Notes: a model not told the origin generated them from the sequence alone. A stretch of DNA of 64,000 bases from Armatimonadota bacterium (GCA_039811685.1 JBDHZC010000002.1:384001-448000), one strand, 5' to 3'; numbered from the stretch's first letter, positions 1 to 9,966 are shown. A program made the numbers and translations.

Positions 1-1
1 C

Positions 2-844
2 TTTTTCATCGGGGATATCCGCGATGAAGCGCTGGTGAACAACCTGACGCCCAATATGGACGCCATCGTGAACTTTGCAGCGGAAACATTTGTGGACCGT
101 TCGATTCACGAGCCGGGGGACTTCATTACCACAGATGTCGTAGGCACTTTCCGGCTCCTGGAAGCGGCACGGCGATCCCGCATTGAACGCTTTGTGCATG
201 TGTCCACAGATGAGGTGTACGGTAGCGTCGAGCAGGGGTCCAGCAAGGAAACTGACCCGATCGAGCCAAACAGCCCGTACTCCGCCAGCAAAGCCGGAGG
301 TGACCTTCTGGCGCGCTCATACTATGTCACGTACGGTGTGCCGGTGATGATTACGCGAGCATCCAACAACTACGGACCCTATCAGCATCCGGAGAAGCTG
401 ATTCCGTTCTTCGTAACCAACGCTATCGACGGGGAATCGCTGCCGGTCTATGGAGACGGCAAGCAGGTGCGGGACTGGCTCTACGTGGAGGATCACTGCC
501 GGGCAATTGACACAGTGCTGCACAAGGGTGAAGCCGGCAATGTGTATAACGTCGGCGCTGGCTATGAGCGAACGAACATGGAAGTTACTCACGGTATTTT
601 GAAGGCGCTCGGCAAAGATGACCGGCTGATTCGCTACGTGGCCGACCGCCCGGGGCATGACCGGCGCTACTCCGTGGACTGCACAAAGCTCAAGGCTCTC
701 GGCTGGGCCCCGGAGGTTTCCTTTGAAGACGGCCTCCCACGCACCGTTGAGTGGTACGTTCAAAATGAGGACTGGTGGCGGCGCATTAAAGAGGGACAGT
801 CTTACAAGGATTTCCAGCAAGCCTGGTATAAAGACCGGGTGTGA
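2..844 (+). CDS. rfbB: dTDP-glucose 4,6-dehydratase (5' truncated by window edge)
   Basis: Motifs NFAAETFVDRSI, VSTDEVYG, YSASK (YxxxK), YGPYQHPEKLIP, DRPGHDRRY; the frame is open from position 2. Confidence 0.95.
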   Translation, partial: FFIGDIRDEALVNNLTPNMDAIVNFAAETFVDRSIHEPGDFITTDVVGTFRLLEAARRSRIERFVHVSTDEVYGSVEQGSSKETDPIEPNSPYSASKAGGDLLARSYYVTYGVPVMITRASNNYGPYQHPEKLIPFFVTNAIDGESLPVYGDGKQVRDWLYVEDHCRAIDTVLHKGEAGNVYNVGAGYERTNMEVTHGILKALGKDDRLIRYVADRPGHDRRYSVDCTKLKALGWAPEVSFEDGLPRTVEWYVQNEDWWRRIKEGQSYKDFQQAWYKDRV

Positions 845-1416
845 CTTCGCCAAAGGCCAGATGCGCTGTTTTCCTTGACCGCGACGGCACTCTGAACGTG
901 GAGCGCGCCAGCTATGTGCGGACTGTGGAAGAGCTGGAGATGCTGCCAGGGGCCGCGAGGGCGCTGAAGCCGCTTGCACAGCGCAAGGTTCCACTCGTGA
1001 TAATCTCCAACCAGGCTGGCGTTGGCAAAGGGCTGATGGCGGAGGCGGACCTTCAGGCCATTGAAGCGGCAGTTCGCAAAGAGCTGGCCGCAGAAGGAGT
1101 TCACCTGACGGCCGCTTACTATTGCCGCCACACGGATGAGATGGCCTGCGAGTGCCGCAAGCCAAAGCCAGGACTAATCACTGCTGCCGCGCGTGAGCTG
1201 AATATCGACGTCGATTGCTCCTTTATGGTGGGAGACAACTGGCGCGATATGGCGGCCGGGCGAGGCGCGGGCGCGCGCACTGTCTTCTTACCGACCGGAC
1301 TCCACCCGAAGGAGCAGCGTGAGCGTACAGCCGACATGGCCGACTACTTTGCCGAGGACCTGACAGATGCCGTCCGGTGGATTTGTGAGCAGATGGATCA
1401 AGATGAGAGCTCTTAA
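841..1416 (+). CDS. gmhB: D-glycero-D-manno-heptose 1,7-bisphosphate phosphatase (HAD IIIA)
   Basis: FLDRDGTLN, ISNQAG, Zn ligands CRH..CECRKPKPG, MVGD..D; GTGA overlap with the rfbB stop. Confidence 0.88.
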   Translation: MTSPKARCAVFLDRDGTLNVERASYVRTVEELEMLPGAARALKPLAQRKVPLVIISNQAGVGKGLMAEADLQAIEAAVRKELAAEGVHLTAAYYCRHTDEMACECRKPKPGLITAAARELNIDVDCSFMVGDNWRDMAAGRGAGARTVFLPTGLHPKEQRERTADMADYFAEDLTDAVRWICEQMDQDESS

Positions 1417-2887
1417 GCGTTCGCTTGCCGTTCTCCTGGCCGTTGTGCCTCTCACAGCTCTGTGCCCAGCCCCCAGCCTTGCGCAGGCGAGCCGGACACC
1501 GCAGATTTCCTATGACACTGTGCCGCGCCAGTCCTGGACGTACGACGCCCTCGCGTGGCTGGCCAGGAAGGGCCGCCTGCAGCCGTACGCCGCCCGCGAC
1601 TTTCTCCTCAGCCGGCTCTTTACGCGCATCGAGATAGCCGACATCCTGAAAGAGTCGCGCCCCGGCGGCTGGGAATCTCTGGGAAGCCAGGAAAAGCACG
1701 TCCTGCTTCAGCTTGCCACTGAATACAGAGCTGAGTTGCGCTATCTTGGTGTGGATTTTGACAGTTTTATTGACGGACTCGCAGATTCACCAGACGAAAG
1801 TCTGCTCTACAACGCCTGGCTCTACGGCGACTCCGTGCGCTCCAACTCCAGGACAGTAAGCCGCGGAATCGGCAGCCTGACCGGCGTGGCGCTGGTTGGA
1901 GAGCAGATTGGCTATTCGGCGACGGTGTCTTCTGAGAGGAGGCTTTTCCACCCGGGCGCCTCAGACGTCTTTCCGGTTCTGGACCGCTTCAGTATGCGCG
2001 GGAGCGGGCGGACCTGGCGCTGGGACCTGGGGCGCACCCACAGCTGGGTCGGTCAGGCCCAGAGCGGGTCTCTGTGGCTGGGTGACTCCAGTCCCGCGCT
2101 GTTGCAGGGCAGAGCCGGGCGCGAAGTGCGGCTTCCTGTCTTCGGGCGCTGGTGGATCAACTGGGAGGTCAGCGGCTGGGGCGAGAGTGGCCAGACGTTC
2201 TACCTGATTACCAAACGCTTTGAAAAGACTCTCTCCCCGCAGTGGAGTCTCTCAGTTTTTGACATGGCCAAAACGACAGAGACACCCAATCCCGCAATGC
2301 TGGTCATTCCGGCTCAGATCTATCAGTCGCTGTTTCTCAACGAAATCGACACGAAGTGGAACACGGTGATGGGCATTGAGGGCGCGTACCACGTCGGCGG
2401 AAGGCTGAGCGCCTATGCGCAGTGGCTGGTGGATGATCTTGAGAATCCGTTCGACAGAAATCCCGGAACCCCGACCAAAACCGGTTTTCTACTCGGCGTG
2501 CGCTCGCGTTCCGGAGGCGCGCTGCGGTCCGGATTGCAGTGGCGAGCGGAGTATGCTCAGATTGACCGCCGCACCTACGAAGCGACAAGGCCAAGCGCTC
2601 CGCTTCTGTCGTGGACGCAGGATAGCCTGCCACTGGGCTGGCCGTACGGCGGCAACTCCAAGACGCTCACCCTGCATGCCGAGCGCAAAATCGCAGACAG
2701 ACTCGACATCACCGGTGAGTACGTCGATACGCGGGACAGGGACGGCAACAACGCCGCGAGAGTCTTTAGTATCGCCCCGTTCTACGACCTGCGCCCGGAC
2801 GTGAGCCTCGGCCTGATATACCAGCACGCCCGAGCCAGCGGAACAAGCACAGACTCAGTTGGAGTCCGGGCGCTGGCTTCTTTCTAG
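1403..2887 (+). CDS. Outer-membrane beta-barrel protein (capsule assembly Wzi-like) with N-terminal SLH/OmpM-like segment
   Basis: Signal peptide from ATG 1403; SLH-like SWTYDALAWLARKG..TRIEIA; helix LATEYRAELRYLGVD; amphipathic beta strands, PLGWPYGGN, C-terminal Phe. Confidence 0.6.
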   Translation: MRALKRSLAVLLAVVPLTALCPAPSLAQASRTPQISYDTVPRQSWTYDALAWLARKGRLQPYAARDFLLSRLFTRIEIADILKESRPGGWESLGSQEKHVLLQLATEYRAELRYLGVDFDSFIDGLADSPDESLLYNAWLYGDSVRSNSRTVSRGIGSLTGVALVGEQIGYSATVSSERRLFHPGASDVFPVLDRFSMRGSGRTWRWDLGRTHSWVGQAQSGSLWLGDSSPALLQGRAGREVRLPVFGRWWINWEVSGWGESGQTFYLITKRFEKTLSPQWSLSVFDMAKTTETPNPAMLVIPAQIYQSLFLNEIDTKWNTVMGIEGAYHVGGRLSAYAQWLVDDLENPFDRNPGTPTKTGFLLGVRSRSGGALRSGLQWRAEYAQIDRRTYEATRPSAPLLSWTQDSLPLGWPYGGNSKTLTLHAERKIADRLDITGEYVDTRDRDGNNAARVFSIAPFYDLRPDVSLGLIYQHARASGTSTDSVGVRALASF

Positions 2888-2940
2888 AGCCGTTCTCCCG
2901 CAGCCGAAGAGACGTCTGGATTCGTCCGGATCATGTAGCT

Positions 2941-4626
2941 TCAGTGCCTGCCTGACCCGCGTGCCTGCTCGCGGCTGACAGCTCGCATGCCAGTCAGCCG
3001 AACTGACGGCTGAGACAAACCCGGCAGCTTTCCGACAGCCACGATATCCCCTGGCTGGAAGGGCAGTGGAAAGTCCGGCCTGATAGCCACACGTTGCGCC
3101 TTGCCAGTGTGAGGATTTCTGAGCGCCAGAGCGCTCGGACCCTCCACGCGCAGGACCTCCCAGCCGTCTGAAGCCTCTCCCCTGGACTTTCCACCGTAAG
3201 CCAGAAGAGCATTGAAACTGTGCACCTGCCATCCGCTACTGACGCGAATCTGTCGCGTCGCAACAGGAAAGCCGGGCCGGGCAATGTGAACAGTGTAGCG
3301 TCCGGGAAGTAGCCCCACAAAAGCGTAGAAGCCCGTGATGTCAGTGCGTGCGGTGCGGGAGGCCGGTCCAGAGAGGGTGACTTCTGCTCCGACGATGGGC
3401 GCAAGCCACGGATCACTCAGTACGAAGCCTTTGACGATGGCCTGAGCGCTGGCCTGCGGCGGCGCTGCTGCTGACCTGGCAAAAGGAGGCTCGCCCGCAC
3501 CGGACGGCTTGGCCAGCGCCCTGTAGAACTCCTCATTGTATTCCTGTGCGCGCCCTGCCTGCGTGGTATTGGTTCCTCCGTAGGAGTAAAGCAACACTCC
3601 GTCCGCTTTTTTCCCATTGTTGGAAGGCTTGCGCACGTCAGCTATCTGTTCAAAGGTCGCAGGGATTGTATTCAGCCAGATGCCGGCTCCAACAACGAGC
3701 TGACGGTTGTATTTGTGATCTTTGGCAAACTCATTCCAGTGCAGCCAGTAGTCCCGGTGAGCTTTGTTTGAGAAGTACATCATCGGACAGTTGATGTCCA
3801 GCAGCCCCTCTTCCATCCAGCCGCGCCAATCCTGATAGACTGTCCGGTAGGCGCTGGAGCGCTGCCACTGCTCGAGATCCGCCGGCCCGTCACCCCAGGT
3901 GATAGTGGCGGCGGAAACCTCTACAGACGGCCGCACGGCCTTAGCGTGAGCATAGACTTTGCGCACAAGATTTGTGACATTGTCTCTGCGCCACTGCTGG
4001 TAGGCCGGGTCATCAAAGGCGGGAGCGCCAATCCTGTTGTTCAACGCGTTGAACCACGCCAGGCTGACAGGGTTGTAGCCCCAGTGAGACCCACCGTAGC
4101 GCACAAAGTCGAAGTGAATGCCGTCCACATCGTAGTGGCGCATCACGTCCAGATAGACGCGAAATGTCCAGTCGTTGGCGCCGGGACTGCCCGGGTCAAT
4201 CTTGCGCGCTTCGTTGTCGTAGGTCTCTCCCTTGTCAGAAAGACTGATGTAGTCCGGGTGTCTGTTGAGAATGTGCCCGGGGTCTTTGTCGCCCCCAACG
4301 GCGCAGGTGTTCAGCCACGCGTGGACTTTGATAGGTTGCGGCCCCGCATGCGCGTTGTCCAGGAGATACTTCAGCGCATCCCAGTGATCAGGATTCTCGC
4401 GTGCCCAGGGATCGTACGTGCTCTTGTACTGCGCGTCGCCGCGCTTTCTCATCTGTGCCCAGACACCGTTGCAGTTAGCCTCGCGCAATCGTCGCAGGAG
4501 CGTGTCCGTCTCCTGCGCAGACCGGAATCCCGCACTGAACCCGTCCGCCCAGAACGCGCGGTATTCCTGACAACTCACGGAAGCTGGCGTCAATGCCAGC
4601 AGACAAACTATCCAAACGAAGCGCAT
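2941..4626 (-). CDS. Secreted GHL10 (DUF187) glycoside hydrolase-like protein with carboxypeptidase-regulatory-like domain
   Basis: Signal peptide; EYRAFWAD, VHAWLN, YDVDGIHFDFVRY, WRRDNVTNLV, QDWRGW, PMMY; then TDITGFYAF..LLPGRYTV..PGF. Confidence 0.85.
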   Translation of the reverse strand: MRFVWIVCLLALTPASVSCQEYRAFWADGFSAGFRSAQETDTLLRRLREANCNGVWAQMRKRGDAQYKSTYDPWARENPDHWDALKYLLDNAHAGPQPIKVHAWLNTCAVGGDKDPGHILNRHPDYISLSDKGETYDNEARKIDPGSPGANDWTFRVYLDVMRHYDVDGIHFDFVRYGGSHWGYNPVSLAWFNALNNRIGAPAFDDPAYQQWRRDNVTNLVRKVYAHAKAVRPSVEVSAATITWGDGPADLEQWQRSSAYRTVYQDWRGWMEEGLLDINCPMMYFSNKAHRDYWLHWNEFAKDHKYNRQLVVGAGIWLNTIPATFEQIADVRKPSNNGKKADGVLLYSYGGTNTTQAGRAQEYNEEFYRALAKPSGAGEPPFARSAAAPPQASAQAIVKGFVLSDPWLAPIVGAEVTLSGPASRTARTDITGFYAFVGLLPGRYTVHIARPGFPVATRQIRVSSGWQVHSFNALLAYGGKSRGEASDGWEVLRVEGPSALALRNPHTGKAQRVAIRPDFPLPFQPGDIVAVGKLPGLSQPSVRLTGMRAVSREQARGSGRH

Positions 4627-4733
4627 TTTCTTCCCCTCCCTTTTGGCAGCGCCCAGCCGACAACCCGTGCTGCCTTGAGGTATGATTCGGCCAGAGTATT
4701 ACTGAATCCCTTCTACCTTCTGGAGCGCCAACC

Positions 4734-5633
4734 GTGTACGACGTTATCTGTTACGGCACACTCTGTCAGGATTACATCATGCGTATCGCCAGATATCCGC
4801 CAGAAGGCTCCTCGCAGTGGATTGAAGAGGACCGCGTGACGCTGGGAGGCGAGGCGGGCAACTCTGCGCGGGCTTTCAGCGCCTGGGGACTGGAAACACT
4901 TCTGATCGGAACGGTTCTGGGCAGGGATGAACGCGCGCAGTGGCTGCTGGATGAACTTGCGAACCTGCCCCACGTTGACTGCAGTTGGTTGATAGCCGCA
5001 CCGGACGCCAACACTCCTTACTGCAACATTCTGGCAACGCCGAACGGGGAGCGCACCATGTTCGGCCGCCACTTCGCGGGCATGCGTGGACAGACCGTAG
5101 CAGAGCTGCCTCACGCCAGAGTGTTCACGCTTGATCCCTATTGTGGTGACAGCGCTTTTCAGGCGGCCCAGACAGCACACGCTGCCGGAATCCCCATCGT
5201 CGCTATGGACACGCTGAATCCGGAGAAGATCGCTGGAATTGCCGATATTATCGTGACCAGCCATCAGGAGATTGGCGCCGGGCATTCCGTTGATGAGCTA
5301 TTCCAAACAGCTGCAGAAACCGCCAGAAGATCAGGAGCAACCTTTGTCCTGACGCTCGGGCCTGACGGATCAGTAGCCTTTGACAGCAATGGAGACATCC
5401 TGCACCGGCAGGCCGCCATTTCCGTGTCCGCCATTGTCGATGCGACCGGATGCGGAGATATCTACCGCGCCGGCCTGGTGTGCGGTGTAGCGCAGGGGTG
5501 GCCCCTGGCAGAGTCCATGGCCTTCGCCTCCGCTGCGGCGTCCCTGAACCTGATGGGAATGGGCGGCGGCGGCCACGTCCTGTCGCTGGACGAGACCCGG
5601 AAAATCGCCGCCAGAGGGTCTCTTGAGGCGTGA
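4734..5633 (+). CDS. PfkB/ribokinase-family carbohydrate kinase
   Basis: GGEAGNSA, TLGPDG, DATGCGD motifs. Confidence 0.88.
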   Translation: MYDVICYGTLCQDYIMRIARYPPEGSSQWIEEDRVTLGGEAGNSARAFSAWGLETLLIGTVLGRDERAQWLLDELANLPHVDCSWLIAAPDANTPYCNILATPNGERTMFGRHFAGMRGQTVAELPHARVFTLDPYCGDSAFQAAQTAHAAGIPIVAMDTLNPEKIAGIADIIVTSHQEIGAGHSVDELFQTAAETARRSGATFVLTLGPDGSVAFDSNGDILHRQAAISVSAIVDATGCGDIYRAGLVCGVAQGWPLAESMAFASAAASLNLMGMGGGGHVLSLDETRKIAARGSLEA

Positions 5634-5696
5634 CAGCAATGCGAATACAGGCGAAGAAAGGGAGTGCAACAGGACTCGAGACACATCAACGACACT

Positions 5697-6290
5697 CTAG
5701 GGCAGACTGAAACCGATTCCCATCTTTTTCAGATAAGCCTGCGTGATCAGCCCGAGAATCATCACAACCCACAGCGCCTGATGCGTCAGCTCGCAGTTTT
5801 CAATGAGTTGCCGAACCGAAAAATGACTGTGCAGCGCGGCAGGTGACCAGCGGGAGGGAATGAAGCGGGCGACATTCTGGCAATAGTCCCGAAAGCTCTG
5901 CCCGTGCTCCTGCGCAAGCAGCCTCTCTTCCCATGCAACCTGCACCCAGTAGCACACTACAAATGTCACCACGAAGAAAGCAAGCAGTGCCGCGCTGTGC
6001 ACAAACAACGCCAGTCCCACACCGCCCAGAAAGCTCCCAACGTACAAAGGGTTGCGTGAGAGAGCATAGGGTCCATCGGTGCTCAATTCAGCGATCTTGA
6101 CAAGTGATCCAGCGGCCCAGATGCGAATGGCGCTGCCCAGCACAATCAGCGACAGCGCCCACCAGCGGGGCTCACCACGGTTGACGAAGAACGCCCCTAT
6201 CATCACCAGATAACCCAGCACAAGGCGAAGGCGGGCGATGCGCGGAGGTTTCCTGGGCACACGGTCTGCGCGTTCAGGGGCCGGTGGCAC
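5697..6290 (-). CDS. Isoprenylcysteine carboxylmethyltransferase / PEMT-family membrane protein
   Basis: GPYALSRNPLYVG, EERLL...G..F..YC..V.RFIP motifs; several TM segments. Confidence 0.8.
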   Translation of the reverse strand: MPPAPERADRVPRKPPRIARLRLVLGYLVMIGAFFVNRGEPRWWALSLIVLGSAIRIWAAGSLVKIAELSTDGPYALSRNPLYVGSFLGGVGLALFVHSAALLAFFVVTFVVCYWVQVAWEERLLAQEHGQSFRDYCQNVARFIPSRWSPAALHSHFSVRQLIENCELTHQALWVVMILGLITQAYLKKMGIGFSLP

Positions 6291-6325
6291 AGACGCTCTC
6301 AGAATCGGCTCAATGTTTGTCGCGG

Positions 6326-7165
6326 CTATTCTGGCTTCCCATCCGGCTGATCCAGAACTGCACTGTCAATGCCACGGTCCTTGAGCTGCTGAGAAAGCCT
6401 GTCCGCATTCTCCCGATTGCGAAACAGCCCAGCCTGAACGCGGTACAGTTCGCGCCCGTTTACGGTGGTTTTGCGCACGTAAGCCATCTGACCCGCGGAT
6501 TTCAAGTCTTCCGCCGCCTTCTGAGCCCGCTCGGCATCAGAGTAGGTGCCAAGCTGAACGCGGTACAGGACGCTTTTCGACTGCGTAGCCGAAGGCTGTG
6601 CACCGGCGGACTGTGCAGGGCTGGCGCTGTGCGCTGCCTTCTGCGGTTCACCTTCCTTTTCGGCCCTCTTCGCTACGGTGGAGGACTCTGGCGACTGCGG
6701 GCCTGATGCCGTATCTTTAGAAGCAGCGCCACTCTTCTCTGCGCCCTGAGCTGTTTTTTCACCTGTGGTGGCAGAAGATCGGGAAGTTCGGCTGGCGCTC
6801 GTTGTGGACGAGCTTTCAGCCACCGACGGACGCATCGCAGAGGAAGTGCTATCTGGACTGCGAGAGACAGATGACTCCTGCGATGTTCTGTCCACGGCAG
6901 TTGGCGTCGCCAGCGAGGATTTGCGCCCGTCGCGTTCACTTATCCGCACGTGCACACCGTCCTCCTCGCGGGCAGCAGAGCCAGAAGAAGATTCGGACGG
7001 CGCAGATGCCAGATTATCTGATCTCATTCCGGCGAACTTCGGACCGACGAAGTAAAACCCTATAGCAGAGCTTGCCGCGAAAACCGCAACCAGCCCAACC
7101 AGTAACCCCAATACTCTTCCGCTTTGACCTCGATGAAAGCTGCGCAAAATGTTCAACCCGGACAT
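6326..7165 (-). CDS. Membrane-anchored SPOR domain (peptidoglycan-binding) protein
   Basis: GAGGAGG RBS before ATG 7165; TM helix, Ser/Ala-rich linker, C-terminal YRVQLGTYS..A / YRVQAGLFRNRENA repeats. Confidence 0.88.
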   Translation of the reverse strand: MSGLNILRSFHRGQSGRVLGLLVGLVAVFAASSAIGFYFVGPKFAGMRSDNLASAPSESSSGSAAREEDGVHVRISERDGRKSSLATPTAVDRTSQESSVSRSPDSTSSAMRPSVAESSSTTSASRTSRSSATTGEKTAQGAEKSGAASKDTASGPQSPESSTVAKRAEKEGEPQKAAHSASPAQSAGAQPSATQSKSVLYRVQLGTYSDAERAQKAAEDLKSAGQMAYVRKTTVNGRELYRVQAGLFRNRENADRLSQQLKDRGIDSAVLDQPDGKPE

Positions 7166-7204
7166 AGCCTCCTCCTCACACGCTCGACTCAGCAGGCCCG
7201 GCAC

Positions 7205-7213
7205 AGTATAGCA
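7205..7213 (-). promoter_or_regulatory. Extended -10 promoter (TGcTATACT) for SPOR gene
   Basis: Motif lies ~40 nt upstream of the start codon. Confidence 0.5.
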
Positions 7214-7330
7214 GTACGAACCCCTGCGCTTCCAGAATTTCATCCTGGCAGGACGACATAGCCAGGTCAGGACGTGTGGGCCTTTTCCCTATTGGACTGC
7301 ATCACTTCAGGCGCAGTTTTCCCCGTACAG

Positions 7331-7364
7331 CAACAGGGCCTCCGGGGGATAGGAGGCCCTGTTG
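7331..7364. terminator. 13-bp perfect stem-loop downstream of the 857-aa gene
   Basis: CAACAGGGCCTCC-N8-GGAGGCCCTGTTG; no clear U-tract. Confidence 0.55.
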
Positions 7365-7392
7365 TGGGAAGGAGAACGTTCGCAGATAAGTC

Positions 7393-9966
7393 TTACGGGT
7401 CCTGATCGATGTCGTTGTCGTTTGCGACCCGGATCACGCGCTTGCCATCCTCGCAACCGAGAATACCGCGCACTGTGACCCAGATGTAGGGCGACACGAC
7501 ATTGTTGCTCGAGCCTGTATAGACCTTGATCAGGCCGTTACCACTCGGATCAGAATGATCGTCAATGTAGAAGTAGTCCGGAGAGATCTCACCGGTGTTA
7601 ATTACTTCACCCCACGTCGCAATATAAGCGCCCAGCAGGGACGGATAGTCCGACTTGAGATCGCGGTAGTTCGCCCACACCGGCGGCAGATACGGCATGC
7701 CGCGGCGCAGTACCTGCGGATTCAGAGCGTAAATGATCTTCTCGCAGGTGCCGGCTTCGACCGCAATCTTGCCCCTGACAAGAACGACGTCGCCGGGTTT
7801 CAAGCTCTGGCTGGCGCCCTTGTCATACAGACAGCGCACACCACCCGCGCGTCCCGGCCCCTGAATGTGGAACCACGTATCTCCGACTGCATCCACAATC
7901 GCTTCCGGCAGAGCGATCCATGTGCCCTCGGGGGCGCTGTTGACCTCTCCAACGGAAGAAAGCTGCGTTACGGAGCCGCTTTCAGGCAGCAGGCCGATTT
8001 CGACGTCATCCCACTGCGCGGTTTCCTGACTCACAGCCAGTCCACCTATTTCGATGCGGTTCAGAGGAACCAGTCCGCCCGCTGTATAGCGCGACGCCGT
8101 TGCAATCACATTGCCGTCCAAGAGGAACTGGAACTTCTTGTCCTTGCCAGGATCCGGATTATCACCGTAAACACGGACTTCATAGCTGTGCCATCCAGTG
8201 AAGTTGGGTCCTCGCCAGATGCCAGTGTCAGTCCACGGATTCGTCAGAAAGTCGTTCGGGACGCCACCAGTCTCCTTGACCAGATATTTCCAGTTGTTAG
8301 AATCCTTGCACTGAGCGTTGGGATTGCCGTTGTCACACACGGCAGAGCCAGAATAGCGGTGCCAGATGCCGAACTTGGCAAAATCATCGTGATTTGCATT
8401 GTCCACGAACATCTGCACGGCGCGATACTGCGGCGCCACTGCGCCACGAATCTCGTAAGCGTCACCAGGCTTCACACCAGCAGCCACAGGGTTCTGCGTG
8501 TTAGGCGCATAAGGCGTAACCTGGAAACGATGGTTGTAATCCCAGTCACAGAAGCCGTCCGGGATGTTGCCGTAAGGCGGTCCACCACACGTATAGTACT
8601 CCGGCACCTGAATCAGCCACTGCTTGCCTGCGGCGTCACCAGACAGCATCGTAAGCACGAACGTCGGGAGGCTGGAGTTGCCACGCAGATCAGAGAAATA
8701 CGTGTTGGCATCGGAGATACTGGGTTTGGTCAACCGGCAAGCCGGCCATCCGGGATAGTTGATAGTCTTGCCGCCGTCGTCTGCGTCAGTGAGAGTGCCG
8801 CTGTAAACAACGGTATCGGTCCAATCCTGATAGAAGTAAGGCGGGCCACTGGGAAGAGCACAGGTGCATGGAGTGACTCCCGGGTTAATCATGCGCTCAC
8901 TCTCGCGCCCGAAGTTCACCCAGGCTTTGACGTAGAAGTTGTCAGCCGGATCTGCGCCCAACGGATAGCCGATTTCATGCATAGCCGACCACTGAGAGAA
9001 TGTCTCAGCCTGATTGGCCGATTTGTTGCCCGTCCGGCCAAAGTTGGCCATGTTCATCGGGTCGTTAGAGTTCTGCGCCCAGGGATACGCCGGCGGCTTC
9101 TGCCACTCAGTCCCCATAAAGCTCAACCTCGCCAGCGACGTACGCAGACTGCCACCTGTTCCGCCACCACCCTGAAGAGTAATTGTCGGAACAGACGTGT
9201 ACTGTCCTGCCGAAATCAACTGTACATTAGCAAGGTGACCGTTGATTACGGATACAGTCGCCTTGGCGCCGGAGCCTCCGCCACCTGAGAAGATCACATC
9301 AGGGGCCGAAGTGTAGCCAGATCCAACACTGTCGATGGATATGCCGGCCAGTGCGACAGGCTGCAACTCCGCGACAGCCGTCGCGCCGCTACCGCCGCCA
9401 CCCGTAATCTCTACAGTTGGTACAGACGTGTAACCATCTCCAGGCGCGATGAGATCAATGGAAGTCACCTTGCCACCCGAGATGTTGGCCTGAGCCAAAG
9501 CCGGGCTTCCACCAGGTGAAAAAACGACCTGCGGCTGTGAGGTATAGCCACAGCCGGTGCCATTGCTGCCTTCAATCCGCACACCACTGATACTGTCTTT
9601 GTTCAGCTCGATGATGCCAGAGGCGCCATGACCGCCACCACCGACAAACTGCACTTTCCCAGGAGATCCGTAGCCACTGCCACCGTTAATCATATGCACA
9701 GCAGTGATCTTTCCATTAGTTATGGTAACGGATGCGTTTGCGCCAGAGCCTCGACCACCGACCACAGTGACCGTCGGCGGGCTGGTGTAGCCCGAGCCGG
9801 GATTTGTGACGTTGATGCGGGCGACAAAGACCGGCGCACCGTATTCCTCGAAGCTGGTGAAATACAGCGGAACAGCGGAAACGGGAGGCGCCGGAGCTGC
9901 AACCCAACAGGTCGCGGCGGCCAGCAGCACGGCCGAGAGCTTCTTAATCGACTCGGGCGTTGCCAT
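7393..9966 (-). CDS. Large secreted repeat protein: six GSGYT repeats, LamG-like beta-sandwich, C-terminal tandem OB-like domains
   Basis: AAGGAGG RBS; signal peptide; repeats GxGYTSxPxVxxxGGGGxGA; GWHSYEV..FLLDG..IEIGG..WDDVEI. Confidence 0.75.
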   Translation of the reverse strand: MATPESIKKLSAVLLAAATCWVAAPAPPVSAVPLYFTSFEEYGAPVFVARINVTNPGSGYTSPPTVTVVGGRGSGANASVTITNGKITAVHMINGGSGYGSPGKVQFVGGGGHGASGIIELNKDSISGVRIEGSNGTGCGYTSQPQVVFSPGGSPALAQANISGGKVTSIDLIAPGDGYTSVPTVEITGGGGSGATAVAELQPVALAGISIDSVGSGYTSAPDVIFSGGGGSGAKATVSVINGHLANVQLISAGQYTSVPTITLQGGGGTGGSLRTSLARLSFMGTEWQKPPAYPWAQNSNDPMNMANFGRTGNKSANQAETFSQWSAMHEIGYPLGADPADNFYVKAWVNFGRESERMINPGVTPCTCALPSGPPYFYQDWTDTVVYSGTLTDADDGGKTINYPGWPACRLTKPSISDANTYFSDLRGNSSLPTFVLTMLSGDAAGKQWLIQVPEYYTCGGPPYGNIPDGFCDWDYNHRFQVTPYAPNTQNPVAAGVKPGDAYEIRGAVAPQYRAVQMFVDNANHDDFAKFGIWHRYSGSAVCDNGNPNAQCKDSNNWKYLVKETGGVPNDFLTNPWTDTGIWRGPNFTGWHSYEVRVYGDNPDPGKDKKFQFLLDGNVIATASRYTAGGLVPLNRIEIGGLAVSQETAQWDDVEIGLLPESGSVTQLSSVGEVNSAPEGTWIALPEAIVDAVGDTWFHIQGPGRAGGVRCLYDKGASQSLKPGDVVLVRGKIAVEAGTCEKIIYALNPQVLRRGMPYLPPVWANYRDLKSDYPSLLGAYIATWGEVINTGEISPDYFYIDDHSDPSGNGLIKVYTGSSNNVVSPYIWVTVRGILGCEDGKRVIRVANDNDIDQDP
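9133..9825 (-). repeat. Six ~39-aa tandem protein repeats (GSGYTSxPTVxxxGGGGSGAxA)
   Basis: Visible in the translation, aa ~48-278. Confidence 0.9.

Noticed and set aside
7555..9288. 577-aa plus-strand ORF antisense to the 857-aa gene
   Set aside because: Shadow ORF in register with the real gene, no recognisable motifs; the sense gene has RBS, signal peptide and domains
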